The translations under genes were made by a program, and so were the position numbers. Below, one piece after another: positions 17,431 through 27,100 of a DNA stretch of 64,000 nucleotides (position 1 is its first letter; every line of letters starts with the position of its first letter). Where the stretch lies: the IMG/VR virus record IMGVR_UViG_3300012953_003264, positions 17,032 to 81,031 of that record; one strand, 5' to 3'. The notes under the pieces were generated by a model. That model searched no databases. It was given only the letters and a program-made list of their open reading frames with translations, and was not told the DNA's origin. This stretch comes from a virus (taxonomy: Duplodnaviria; Caudoviricetes).

Positions 17431-19097
17431 TTATTTAATACAAATACTCCTAATCCATTCCAAAAATCATTAGGGTCTTCACCCTCTGTAAATATTTCTT
17501 CTTTAAATAATACTTTGTAACCTAATTTCTCTATTGACCTAAATGTGCCGTGTCTAACTTGCGACCAATTCCAGTCATCAATAATTAAACAGAAAGTATT
17601 ATCAATCTTACTATTATATTTAGTCAAGAAGGAATAGTGAGCTTCCACGGTGTGTTCGCCATCATAGAGTACAACATTTGATTTTACAGGTATCTTGCTT
17701 AGAGAATTTTCCGAGTCCGAGTCCACGATAGTAATAGATTTACCACCAGTATATGGTCTAATATTTTTTAAGAATACTTGTTTAGTATCATCTGTTTCTG
17801 CCTTAATGTCTATATCTCTCATTGGTACATTATGCGTATCTGACCAATTATCAACAGCGTTTGCAATTATATTATTACCCTCTAAAGCAGAGGCAAACAT
17901 AGCACCTTGATATACACCTACTTCCAAATAAGTTGTATCTGGCATTTCACACATATTATTAATAAAGTGTTTTACTTTGTGAGATGTTAGACCAGGCAAG
18001 TCTAATACTGTTTGAGATAGTTTTGACTCTTCTCTTCTTGATTTATCTAACGCATTTTTAACGGCGTCAAGCATTACCTTTTGATTATTTTTCATTGTTA
18101 TTAAATCACACACATTACAATCCCAACAATTAAACTTACAATTTCTTATTGTAGTTTTCCAGACATCAATCCTTTTTTGTGCAAATTGATTATCTTTTAT
18201 AAAGTTTTCAAAATCAGTATATAGTATTTCATCATTATTGTCAAACTTTTGTATAATCTTCATAGTTTCAAATAAACGACCAACATCTTCACGACCATGC
18301 ATTTTTACCACATCTATGTAACCTAACAATCTATCCCACTCATCTCTAAATGGTGGAAAATTTGCTATTCGCCAATGATATGCTGGGTCTTGTTCGTCCC
18401 ATTTAGGACATGAGAAGTAACTTATTGGTGTTTTAAAGTATGTTGGTTGATTGCCTTTGCTTCTTGTATTGTTATATAAAAAGTGTTCATCTTGAACAGG
18501 ACAATTTCCGTAACAACCCTCATTTGCAAGTAAACTATACTTGACATCAACACCAAGTTTATCTTTACAATACTTTTTTACATCTTGCATACGCTTTAAA
18601 GTATCTTCATCTCTCATCAAATCTCTATCAAAGTTTATGTAATGAAAACCAGCCTCTACACACTTAACAACTTCGTTTGGTCTTTGTACATTTCTTAATA
18701 TAGTATTCTTAATCATCACATCTGGATATGCCTTTTGAAAACGGCCTGATAACATCCAAAGAGTGTGTGGTATTGTAACTATACGGACTCCCTTATCGTA
18801 TAGTAATTTAAAATTTTTTATGAATAAATCTAAATTTTCGTCTGTAGGTGGTACTTCTATATTATTAAAAGTAGCAGACAAAGGAATGCCTGTAACCTTT
18901 GGTATGATAAAGGCATTTTCGTTGATTAAATTGTATTGAGTTTCGTTAAAGACATCTCCCATTGCGTCTTGTATAAAGGGAGGTATTCTACTTGTAAAAT
19001 AAACATCATAGATTAAATGTTTATATCTTTTAAGAAAATTTAAAAAAGAATCAAACTGTTGTGGTGTTAATTTGGGATTGAGTGGTACACTAAACAT
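17427..19097 (-). CDS. Peptidase-U32-like Fe-S domain fused to class I SAM methyltransferase
   Basis: N-half: NFDRDLMRD, LLANEGCYGNCP, SCPKW, VVKMHGRE, CKFNCWDCNVC; C-half: YLEVGVYQG, AVDNW, LYDGEH, LIIDDWNW. Confidence 0.7.
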   Translation of the reverse strand: MFSVPLNPKLTPQQFDSFLNFLKRYKHLIYDVYFTSRIPPFIQDAMGDVFNETQYNLINENAFIIPKVTGIPLSATFNNIEVPPTDENLDLFIKNFKLLYDKGVRIVTIPHTLWMLSGRFQKAYPDVMIKNTILRNVQRPNEVVKCVEAGFHYINFDRDLMRDEDTLKRMQDVKKYCKDKLGVDVKYSLLANEGCYGNCPVQDEHFLYNNTRSKGNQPTYFKTPISYFSCPKWDEQDPAYHWRIANFPPFRDEWDRLLGYIDVVKMHGREDVGRLFETMKIIQKFDNNDEILYTDFENFIKDNQFAQKRIDVWKTTIRNCKFNCWDCNVCDLITMKNNQKVMLDAVKNALDKSRREESKLSQTVLDLPGLTSHKVKHFINNMCEMPDTTYLEVGVYQGAMFASALEGNNIIANAVDNWSDTHNVPMRDIDIKAETDDTKQVFLKNIRPYTGGKSITIVDSDSENSLSKIPVKSNVVLYDGEHTVEAHYSFLTKYNSKIDNTFCLIIDDWNWSQVRHGTFRSIEKLGYKVLFKEEIFTEGEDPNDFWNGLGVFVLNK

Positions 19098-19110
19098 AAC
19101 ATAACTAAAT

Positions 19111-19129
19111 TTGCCGGGAGGAACGGCAA
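19111..19129 (-). terminator. GC-rich hairpin (possible terminator/attenuator or processing site)
   Basis: TTGCCG-N7-CGGCAA inverted repeat in a 40-nt AT-rich gap; only a weak U-tract follows on the minus strand. Confidence 0.4.
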
Positions 19130-19137
19130 CCTTTTAC

Positions 19138-19890
19138 TTAAAAAGTAATTTTTGTAGGAGGAGCGCCTATACTACCGTCTTCAGCTGCTTGTTCCGTACT
19201 AACAGTTATAGCTAATTTATTATGTCTCCACAAATGTGCTTTAGCTATAGTGTCTAATGCGTCAACTTCATCCTCTAATTTTTTTTGTTCGGCTAATTTT
19301 GTAGCAATAGCAGAATTATATGCTGTAACTTTAGAATTAATTTTTCCAACTAAATCTGAAACTGAAATACCTCTAGCAGTTGCCATTGTTGTTAACATTG
19401 GTGTACTTGCTGAATTATCGGCTGTCCATGCAGCTGCTTCATCTTTTTGTTGTTCAAATGATAACTGTTCTAAATCACCTACTCTAGCACTTACGATATC
19501 TTTTGCTTTATCGTTAAATCTATCTCTAATATATTTTTTAAAAACTAAATGATTAAAAGTAAGACCTGAAGCAATTTCATCAGCAGTCATATCGTGTCTT
19601 ACACTTGATGGAGCGTTAGGGTCTGTATCGGACAATATTACAGGAAAATCATCTGAAATAGCGTCACCTGATTTTAATTTTACATATCCTCTATATGCGT
19701 CTGCAAAGATAGAAGATTTTGCTTCCGCTGCTGTTATAATTTCTGCGCCGATTGAATCTAAATCCAATCTCATATCTTGGTATTCGTCTGCAATTCTATA
19801 AACACCATATGCGCCATAAGTTGTATATGCTTCTAACCAACCTTTGCCTGAAGCGTCTTGGTTTTTTACTAATACATGTATGTTAGCCAT
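19138..19890 (-). CDS. Tail-fibre assembly/chaperone-like protein
   Basis: C-terminal EQLSFEQQKDEAAAWTADNSASTPMLTTMATARGIS motif typical of fibre-assembly proteins. Confidence 0.55.
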   Translation of the reverse strand: MANIHVLVKNQDASGKGWLEAYTTYGAYGVYRIADEYQDMRLDLDSIGAEIITAAEAKSSIFADAYRGYVKLKSGDAISDDFPVILSDTDPNAPSSVRHDMTADEIASGLTFNHLVFKKYIRDRFNDKAKDIVSARVGDLEQLSFEQQKDEAAAWTADNSASTPMLTTMATARGISVSDLVGKINSKVTAYNSAIATKLAEQKKLEDEVDALDTIAKAHLWRHNKLAITVSTEQAAEDGSIGAPPTKITF

Positions 19891-20746
19891 TTGAATTGTC
19901 CTTTAAGTCTTTATACTTATTATTTATAAGAGCATTACTCTCATCTACATTATTTTCTTGCATATTTTCTAGCATGTTTTCTGCTAAAAAATCGTCTGTA
20001 ATACCAATATGTCCCATTTTTTCTTTAGTATCTGGATCCACATAACCTATTTTCATATCATTTATTGCCTTGTCAGTTAATAATCCCATACCTGTGCCTA
20101 CTCTTGCTGTATAATTACTTGTCAATTGTAGTGTTTCTTTTATCTCTTTTGGTCCTAACATTGCAATAGCATCCATATTACCAGTACCTATTCTACCATA
20201 GGCCAACATTTCCATACTCGCTTGTTTAGCTAATCTTGTAATCCAATGTTGTTTTTCTAATTCTTCTTCTAACTCTTTATTACCAAAAACATCCATCAAC
20301 TTTGTGCCATTTGGTAAAGTACCTTGAGGACCTTCACATAACTCTCTAATCAATTCTAGTATTGAGTCTTTTTCTCTTAATGCAACAATAAGAGAATCTT
20401 CGTGTCTTTTTTTATCTTTTACAATATTTAATAAGTCTATTTCAATATATTGTTTTTCAATATCATTTGTAGATTGAGCAAGCTTTTCTCTCTCAACCAT
20501 TTCTTCTAATTCTTTTCTTTTAATTTCCCATTGAATATGTAAATAAGAATCTTGTCTTATTTTTAATTCTAAAAACAATTGTTTTAGTTTGTGAAAGGGT
20601 GTAATTAGTGAACCACCAACAAAGTATTTTAATTTAAATTTAGGTACTCCGCCGTCAACTTTGTGGTTAGCAAATTCAATTAAATCGGTATCAGTCATAT
20701 TTTCTAGGACTACACCATCATCTTTTTTATTCATTTCATTCTCCAT
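19883..20746 (-). CDS. Coiled-coil hypothetical protein
   Basis: 287 aa, long Glu/Lys/Leu helical segment; AYGRIGTGNMDAI. Confidence 0.6.
   Translation of the reverse strand: MENEMNKKDDGVVLENMTDTDLIEFANHKVDGGVPKFKLKYFVGGSLITPFHKLKQLFLELKIRQDSYLHIQWEIKRKELEEMVEREKLAQSTNDIEKQYIEIDLLNIVKDKKRHEDSLIVALREKDSILELIRELCEGPQGTLPNGTKLMDVFGNKELEEELEKQHWITRLAKQASMEMLAYGRIGTGNMDAIAMLGPKEIKETLQLTSNYTARVGTGMGLLTDKAINDMKIGYVDPDTKEKMGHIGITDDFLAENMLENMQENNVDESNALINNKYKDLKDNSNG
19921..19928 (-). promoter_or_regulatory. Candidate late promoter TATAAATA inside upstream ORF
   Basis: tatttata 31 nt upstream of ATG at 19890. Confidence 0.45.
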
Positions 20747-20771
20747 TTATACTATAGTATAATATATTTAT

Positions 20772-22160
20772 CTATGTTCTCCAGCCGCAATGTCCTGAAG
20801 ATTGACCAGCGTTTGCTGTAGGTTGTAAACCACTATGGTCTGTTCTTGTATCTGTATGATAATATTGTTGCCATGTTCCGTTATTTTGAGAACCATCAAA
20901 ATTACCAAGCATGTAACCCCAATCTTGTCCTAGTGTAAAGTTTTCTTCTCCACAATTTGCACGATATTTTGAAAAAGTACCTGTGTTACTATCGTTAGTT
21001 AAATTCCATCTTCGTAAGTTATATCCACCATTGTAAGTACCTTCATTACCACAATAACCTAATCTAATTTTAGTTGGCATACCTTTTTGTTGTCCGTGAG
21101 CAGACCAATGAGTTGTACCTGAAGTAGAAAAAGTTTGGTGATTTACTTTGAAACCACTACCATCTCCCCAATGATACCCTTGGTCTTTATCAGAAAATGC
21201 CGAGTTGGTACTACCACCACCTCTTATGTCACCAGAATTATCTGATTGTCTTGCCTCTGTAGCAAGATTAAATACTTCCATATTACTTCTATCACCACCA
21301 CCATGAAATGATAAAAATGTTTCTTTGAATGATGTACCTGAGTCGTTTCTATCACTATAGGTATTAAATGTACTATTATGTGATTTACTTGTTTCGGTGT
21401 ACATGTGAAAACCAGATGTTCTGGAACTAGGTGTAAAATGACTATTATCTGACGGTGTTGACCATAAGAAAAAAGTAGTATCACTACAAGCGCCAGAAAT
21501 ATAAGAACCTGGGTGGTCCATTTGAATACCTAAATTTGTAGTTTGGTGTGTAGCACAATTTGTTCTATGAATTTGTCTCCAAGGTGAGCCGTTTCTATAA
21601 CCACCACCTGTGTAAGCGACATTAATTATCTGTCTAAATTTCCATTGAGCAGCTCTTGATGTTGAATCTCTGTAACCTTGACTGTTTGCACCACCATAAC
21701 CGGATGTTCCTACATAGCCACCTGCTTGCATTAATGTAGAAATTTCGTTACCTGTAAAAAAAGGAGTAAAATAAGGATATTTACCTTGATTGTATCTATT
21801 GTCGCCGTAAATTCTTAATGCGTTTGCACCTCTACTACTAATGCTGACATCTTCACCAACGACACCACCACCAAAAATTTCACTATTTCCATTAACTGTA
21901 CCACTACCAAAAGTTGGATGATTAACTGTACCAGACCCGCCACCTGAAGCCAGGTCTCTGTAAGTAGAATTGAAAACACCACGCATAACTTGGTCCATGG
22001 TACGAATACCATAGTTTCTCGCATATGAATCGTCATATGTGTTTGCTCTGTTAGATGTACTGCTTCCGGAAGGACCAGCGTCATGTATAGTTTCTGTAGT
22101 ACCTATTTCAGAATTATTTTGCCGTCTTCCGAGCCTTCTACCTATAATTGGTCCAGACAT
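20772..22160 (-). CDS. Gly/Ser-rich virion protein with C-terminal beta-propeller-like repeats
   Basis: 462 aa; about 40-aa repeats AYTGGGY / SFHGGG / GYHWG / GYCG / GYMLG in C-terminal 280 aa. Confidence 0.55.
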   Translation of the reverse strand: MSGPIIGRRLGRRQNNSEIGTTETIHDAGPSGSSTSNRANTYDDSYARNYGIRTMDQVMRGVFNSTYRDLASGGGSGTVNHPTFGSGTVNGNSEIFGGGVVGEDVSISSRGANALRIYGDNRYNQGKYPYFTPFFTGNEISTLMQAGGYVGTSGYGGANSQGYRDSTSRAAQWKFRQIINVAYTGGGYRNGSPWRQIHRTNCATHQTTNLGIQMDHPGSYISGACSDTTFFLWSTPSDNSHFTPSSRTSGFHMYTETSKSHNSTFNTYSDRNDSGTSFKETFLSFHGGGDRSNMEVFNLATEARQSDNSGDIRGGGSTNSAFSDKDQGYHWGDGSGFKVNHQTFSTSGTTHWSAHGQQKGMPTKIRLGYCGNEGTYNGGYNLRRWNLTNDSNTGTFSKYRANCGEENFTLGQDWGYMLGNFDGSQNNGTWQQYYHTDTRTDHSGLQPTANAGQSSGHCGWRT

Positions 22161-22176
22161 TTAATTTCCTTATCTA

Positions 22177-22536
22177 TTAACTAATTTCTTCGTAAGAAAT
22201 CACATAGTCTAATCTACTATTAGTAGCTGCACCACCTCTAACGGAATCACCTTCTTCAAGATAGAATGATGAGTTTTTATCTGTTACGATAACAACCGTA
22301 TTTGCTGGGCAGTTAACATTGTAAGCTATAAACCTGTCAGTTGAACCGTTATAAAAACTAAATCTGAATGTTGTATCTGTTCCAGCTTTGTTGGTACATA
22401 CAAGAGAATTTATTTTGTATATTTTACCAGAAGCGGCTGAGTTAGTTACAAGAGAAGTAGTATAAGTGGTGTTCAATTCACCAGAGTCAGTCTTACCATT
22501 AATAGTTGCGACACTTACTATATTTGGATTTGCCAT
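22177..22536 (-). CDS. Small beta-sandwich virion protein
   Basis: 119 aa; similar pattern to 26370-26717. Confidence 0.6.
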   Translation of the reverse strand: MANPNIVSVATINGKTDSGELNTTYTTSLVTNSAASGKIYKINSLVCTNKAGTDTTFRFSFYNGSTDRFIAYNVNCPANTVVIVTDKNSSFYLEEGDSVRGGAATNSRLDYVISYEEIS

Positions 22537-22567
22537 TTTTTATCCTCTTTTCCTTTTCTTAATTTAT

Positions 22568-25500
22568 TTATCCAAAGACGATTGACATTGCAATCGCTTT
22601 ACCAGTTGAGAACGAATTAGCAAGTACAAATGTTCTTACCGCCTGTTCTGTTGGTACTGCAACATCTGAATTACCTGATAGGGTTCCATCTGTTGAGAAC
22701 TCGTTAATTGTGGCACCGATTTGGGCACCAATAGAACCAAGTTGTAACTCGGTCAATCCTGAAAGGTCAAAGGCGTCTGCGTTTAGTGTTGCAACACCTG
22801 TTGACTGCTCAACTCTAAATAAATCACCAACTCTAAAGTCACCATCTTGGTCAGTAGAAGTCCAATAAACTCTACCACCGTTTAGCTCAGTAACCTCTCT
22901 ACCTTGGTCTGCAAGCTGAGAAGGTACATTTGGATAATTCGTTGAAGTTAAGTCACCTGTTCCTATATCTAGGAAGTCGTGACCAGTTAATCTTATATTT
23001 GAGAAATTAGCAGTAATAGTTATAGCCGCATTATCAGCTACAGCTACTGTTTTCTCTGGAGTTAATCTTATAGTAGCTCTTTGGTTTGTTGTATCTTCAT
23101 CTGTAACCGCCGTAACTGCATATATCGTACTATCTCCAGCAAATTTAATATTTCTACCTGGTACAATTTTACCTGCTGTGCCTAATGTACCATCACTTGA
23201 ATCAACTCTGAATAATTTACCAATTTGGCCTTGGTTAGCAGCCACACTATCACCAAATCCTGATGTTAAAGCGTTAGTAAAGAATGTTGAGTCAGTATTC
23301 TCAATTTGTATTGTTTCGTTTTGTGAGAAGTTACCGACAGGAGTATCTATTTGAATAAATTTTTTATCTGCAACATGCCCAATAACAGTAGCATAAGCGT
23401 TAGATGTTTGACCTCTTACTACATCTCCAATATCTATTGTTTGACCTGAAGTTAAGTTAGTAGAGTATTGTAACATCTGTCCTCTTGCTGTTACTGCTAC
23501 AACTGTTTCATCTGGATCCGTACCATCTGCATAGGCACCATATTCTCCGTATGCCATTGATGAGTTAAGAGCTCTAATGAAACCACCTGATTCTGCAAAG
23601 AAAGCTTTGTCATTGTAATATGTAAATACTGATACTAATTCTGCACGACCTCTATTCAATACATGGACACCTCGTCCATCATTAATTATTTGCGTAAAGT
23701 CATTTGCAAGAATTGATTTGTTACCACTTGCTTGAACATCACCATCAATTTTAATACCTGTTACAACTGCTGAAGTATGGACATTTGTACAGTTTTGAAT
23801 ATAAGGTGAAGCACTTGAAATTGCACCACTTGGGTCTAATGACATAATTACTGCGCCGTTAGAACCACCTTTAAATGAGAAGTTTCTAATGTTCGTTGCG
23901 TTATTTAAATGGAAGAAGTTACAAGATGAGTTAGCTTGTTGAGTTGCAACTGTTATTTCGTAAGCAGCTGACGGACTTCCCATTGTGTTAGTAGCAAATT
24001 GTAATACTTGATTTACTCTGTAATTGTGACCACCATGATATAATGTAACACTTGGGTTTGATGAACCGTCTGTAGTTACATCAAATATTGCACCTGACCC
24101 TAATTTAGGATAAGTTTTTTCACCTGTAGCACATGAGTATTTAATATCTTTTAAACCAACTGTATCACTCGCTGATAATCCGTGAGCAGAAGCAGTTGTA
24201 ATTGTTACAACACCAGTTGTTCCGTTATAAGGAGCATTTGTAATGTTGATTGCTGTTCCGTCTGTTTTAACAATTTGACCACCACTTACATAAGTGTGTG
24301 CAATAGGACTTACTCCTAATGATACTGTTAAAGTCGTAGCGTCTGGAGCAGAAGCAACTGTATAGTTTTGATATAGTGTTGTTGGTTTTAATCTGTTAAA
24401 TGTTCCTGGAGTACCACCTGTACCACCTGTTTTATGTGATACTGTAGCAATCTCACGACCTTTGAAGTTACCTGTATCATTTTGGAAAGGTTTAACTACA
24501 CAACCTCTTAATGAAGCACCTTCTAATGTCGCTTTATTTGGAACAATAATAGGGAATATTTCTTGATATTGGCCTTGATGAACAAATACTTTATCACCTT
24601 CAGAAATATTTTCTACTTTAAATGTAATGTCAGCTGTTGAAGTACCTACATTTGCTTTTGCAATTGTAATTGTATTACCTTTTGCAAAACCTGTACCTGA
24701 ATTTACAATAGTAATTTGAGGTGTAGATGAACCGTCAGTTGTAACATTAAAAGTTGCAAGCGAACCTGAACCACCTGTTCCTGAAACATTATTAAATGTT
24801 CCTGGTGTTCCGCCAGTACCACCTGCTATTGTATCTATTTGTGTAATACCATTTGAATTACATAATTCTAATGCGTGTCTAATTGTTGCTAAAGGTAAAT
24901 CTTCAGAACCTGGATTTTCATCATTACCATTTGGAGCAACATGATAAGTATTGTTTATATTTACTTCAGAATAAACTAAATCTGTTCCTGTTGAAACTAA
25001 TCTTGCACCTTTTGGTCCTAATGGAAATCTTTCAGGTATTGAAACACCTTGTTTAACTAGGTCGCCTCTTTGAGTAAATACACCTGAAGCGTCACCTTTG
25101 TTATATAATTCCCATACTGCGTTTGAAGCTAAATTTGTGGGACTTGTTCCGTTGGCAGCTCTATCTACTTTTGCTCTGTAAGATGAATTTAAGAAAATTA
25201 CTACTTCACCAATTTTATATGCTGTTCCTGTTGCGAAATCACCTTGTAGTGATATACCTTCAACAAGTAAATCGTAGTATGTGGTGTTAGTTGGCAGATA
25301 CGCACCAGCACTATGACCTACTTTACAAACATATGTATTACCACCGTACTGGACAACTTCACCAGTTTTGTAAGCAGTACCAGACGAGTAAACGCCTTTC
25401 ATACTGAAACCTGTAGTAATTACTTCCCAATCTGCACCTGAATCTATCGGTGTTTGACCTATATTGGCTCTTTCTGCAACATATTGGTATCCACCATATG

Positions 25501-25903
25501 TTACAATATCACCTTTTTGATAATTTGTACCACTTGCCCATGAATCCTCAAATTCAAGACCTGGTAAAAACTCTGCGAATTTTGTTGTATCTAAAACTGC
25601 TGAACTTGAAGTATGAGCAGTTGTACATCTCCATAAACTAGGACCATATTTTACTATGTCATCTACTTTATAGAATGTTGCGTTTGCGTAATCGGTCTTG
25701 TAGTCAATACCACCGACCATTTTTTGCCATTTTGTTGGGTTGGCTGATAAATCTGTTTCAAAAGCTGAAGATGAGGTATGGTTTACTACTGCTATAAAAG
25801 CATTTCCACCGTATTTGACAACATCATCTGCGAGGTAGGCAGTTGAACCTGACCAATCGCCTTTCCATACAAATTTTATTCTCCCTAATACGAAATCTGC
25901 CAT
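22568..25903 (-). CDS. Large fibre/spike protein: N-terminal carbohydrate-binding-like repeats plus beta-helix domain
   Basis: About 6 repeats W-x3-T-x-Y-x3-D/E-x-V-x-YG; YHVAPNGNDENPGS, VFVHQGQYQE, SPYIQNCT beta-helix cues; C-terminal AIAMSIVFG. Confidence 0.7.
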   Translation of the reverse strand: MADFVLGRIKFVWKGDWSGSTAYLADDVVKYGGNAFIAVVNHTSSSAFETDLSANPTKWQKMVGGIDYKTDYANATFYKVDDIVKYGPSLWRCTTAHTSSSAVLDTTKFAEFLPGLEFEDSWASGTNYQKGDIVTYGGYQYVAERANIGQTPIDSGADWEVITTGFSMKGVYSSGTAYKTGEVVQYGGNTYVCKVGHSAGAYLPTNTTYYDLLVEGISLQGDFATGTAYKIGEVVIFLNSSYRAKVDRAANGTSPTNLASNAVWELYNKGDASGVFTQRGDLVKQGVSIPERFPLGPKGARLVSTGTDLVYSEVNINNTYHVAPNGNDENPGSEDLPLATIRHALELCNSNGITQIDTIAGGTGGTPGTFNNVSGTGGSGSLATFNVTTDGSSTPQITIVNSGTGFAKGNTITIAKANVGTSTADITFKVENISEGDKVFVHQGQYQEIFPIIVPNKATLEGASLRGCVVKPFQNDTGNFKGREIATVSHKTGGTGGTPGTFNRLKPTTLYQNYTVASAPDATTLTVSLGVSPIAHTYVSGGQIVKTDGTAINITNAPYNGTTGVVTITTASAHGLSASDTVGLKDIKYSCATGEKTYPKLGSGAIFDVTTDGSSNPSVTLYHGGHNYRVNQVLQFATNTMGSPSAAYEITVATQQANSSCNFFHLNNATNIRNFSFKGGSNGAVIMSLDPSGAISSASPYIQNCTNVHTSAVVTGIKIDGDVQASGNKSILANDFTQIINDGRGVHVLNRGRAELVSVFTYYNDKAFFAESGGFIRALNSSMAYGEYGAYADGTDPDETVVAVTARGQMLQYSTNLTSGQTIDIGDVVRGQTSNAYATVIGHVADKKFIQIDTPVGNFSQNETIQIENTDSTFFTNALTSGFGDSVAANQGQIGKLFRVDSSDGTLGTAGKIVPGRNIKFAGDSTIYAVTAVTDEDTTNQRATIRLTPEKTVAVADNAAITITANFSNIRLTGHDFLDIGTGDLTSTNYPNVPSQLADQGREVTELNGGRVYWTSTDQDGDFRVGDLFRVEQSTGVATLNADAFDLSGLTELQLGSIGAQIGATINEFSTDGTLSGNSDVAVPTEQAVRTFVLANSFSTGKAIAMSIVFG

Positions 25904-25915
25904 TTGTTATCCTAA

Positions 25916-26332
25916 TTAAGTTGTATAATTCCTTGTGTTGCCAGTTGACCCCACATTATAAGTAAAATCTGAAAAGTATCTTGCTACCAAAAAACCGTCA
26001 GAGTTTACAAAGTAAGTTAGTTTTACATTATCAAATCTTGCACCGTCATATGCTCTAGTACCAGGCGTTCTACCATCACTTAATTGTGTAGTATTATCAC
26101 TTCTATGTGTAGCATTCGCCGTACCAGCATTGACATCATCAATACCGTTATAAGGTATTCCAAAATCTGCTAAACTTACACTAGCGCTTGGGTCGTTAAT
26201 GTATGTCTTTGTGTAAGTTAAGTTGCCTTCGTTAGTAGTACCGACATTTCTATCTACTTTCAGACCATGGAATGCTGATTCATCTGAACTAAAGATTCCT
26301 GTTCCTGTACTCTTTGCTACTAAATATGACAC
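25916..26332 (-). CDS. Hypothetical virion-region protein
   Basis: 138-aa ORF preceded by GGAG and late promoter. Confidence 0.6.
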   Translation of the reverse strand: MSYLVAKSTGTGIFSSDESAFHGLKVDRNVGTTNEGNLTYTKTYINDPSASVSLADFGIPYNGIDDVNAGTANATHRSDNTTQLSDGRTPGTRAYDGARFDNVKLTYFVNSDGFLVARYFSDFTYNVGSTGNTRNYTT

Positions 26333-26353
26333 TTAAACTTACTCCTTAACATA

Positions 26354-26361
26354 TATTTATA
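26354..26361 (-). promoter_or_regulatory. T4-type late promoter TATAAATA
   Basis: tatttata in 37-nt intergenic gap. Confidence 0.65.
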
Positions 26362-26369
26362 ATAGTTTA

Positions 26370-26717
26370 TTATGTAACTTCCAAAATAGCTGCAACTGCC
26401 TCAATATCTGGTGTTGATGAGTCAGGATTTAATTCTGCGACTATTCTTAATATATCATTACTTTCCATATTAATAGGTTTATCAATCATTAATGTATTTT
26501 CTGGTTCAATTTTTAATGACTTACCTATATGAAAAAATGTAGAACCACCGTCAGTTGTTACCTTGACATCTACATTTCCGTAATTTGTTTTACTCTTATT
26601 AGAGATGAATAATGCGTGTATAACGGCAGAGGCACTACCAGGAACCGTGTATAAATTAGCAGCTGAACTATCAACTACACCAACTGATTTACCTGCGTTT
26701 TTAAATGCACTAGCCAT
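26370..26717 (-). CDS. Small beta-sandwich virion protein
   Basis: 115 aa; NLYTVP...VIHALFISN...PENTLMIDKPINMESNDILRI. Confidence 0.6.
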   Translation of the reverse strand: MASAFKNAGKSVGVVDSSAANLYTVPGSASAVIHALFISNKSKTNYGNVDVKVTTDGGSTFFHIGKSLKIEPENTLMIDKPINMESNDILRIVAELNPDSSTPDIEAVAAILEVT

Positions 26718-26719
26718 GA

Positions 26720-27100
26720 TTAACTACCAAAGACAATAGCAAATGCTAAAGCGTCTCCCTCTGTAGCCAAAGCACCTGAAGCGTTTGGCAATGTTAATGT
26801 TCTATCAGCAGTTGGTTCTGTAGCAGTTAAAAATGTTTCATATGCGTTTTCTAAAGCACCTTCAAACACTAATCTTGAACCGTTTAGAATGATATCTTGG
26901 TTTGTGATATTACCATTTGAAGTAACATCATTCAAGATAACCGAACCAGCACCACCAACTTCTTTTACCGTACCGCCTGTTGTTTTAGTAAAAAATTTAC
27001 CGTCAGCGATATTAAGAGCTAATTCACCTGCTTGTAAATCACTAGCAGATGGTATAGATAATGCTGTTTCACTTCTTTTTAATTTTATTACAGCTGCCAT
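26720..27100 (-). CDS. Short tail-fibre-like protein
   Basis: IKLKRS...LQAGELALNIADGKFF fibre N-terminus; FEG...TADRTLTLPNASG module; C-terminal ALAFAIVFG. Confidence 0.6.
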   Translation of the reverse strand: MAAVIKLKRSETALSIPSASDLQAGELALNIADGKFFTKTTGGTVKEVGGAGSVILNDVTSNGNITNQDIILNGSRLVFEGALENAYETFLTATEPTADRTLTLPNASGALATEGDALAFAIVFGS

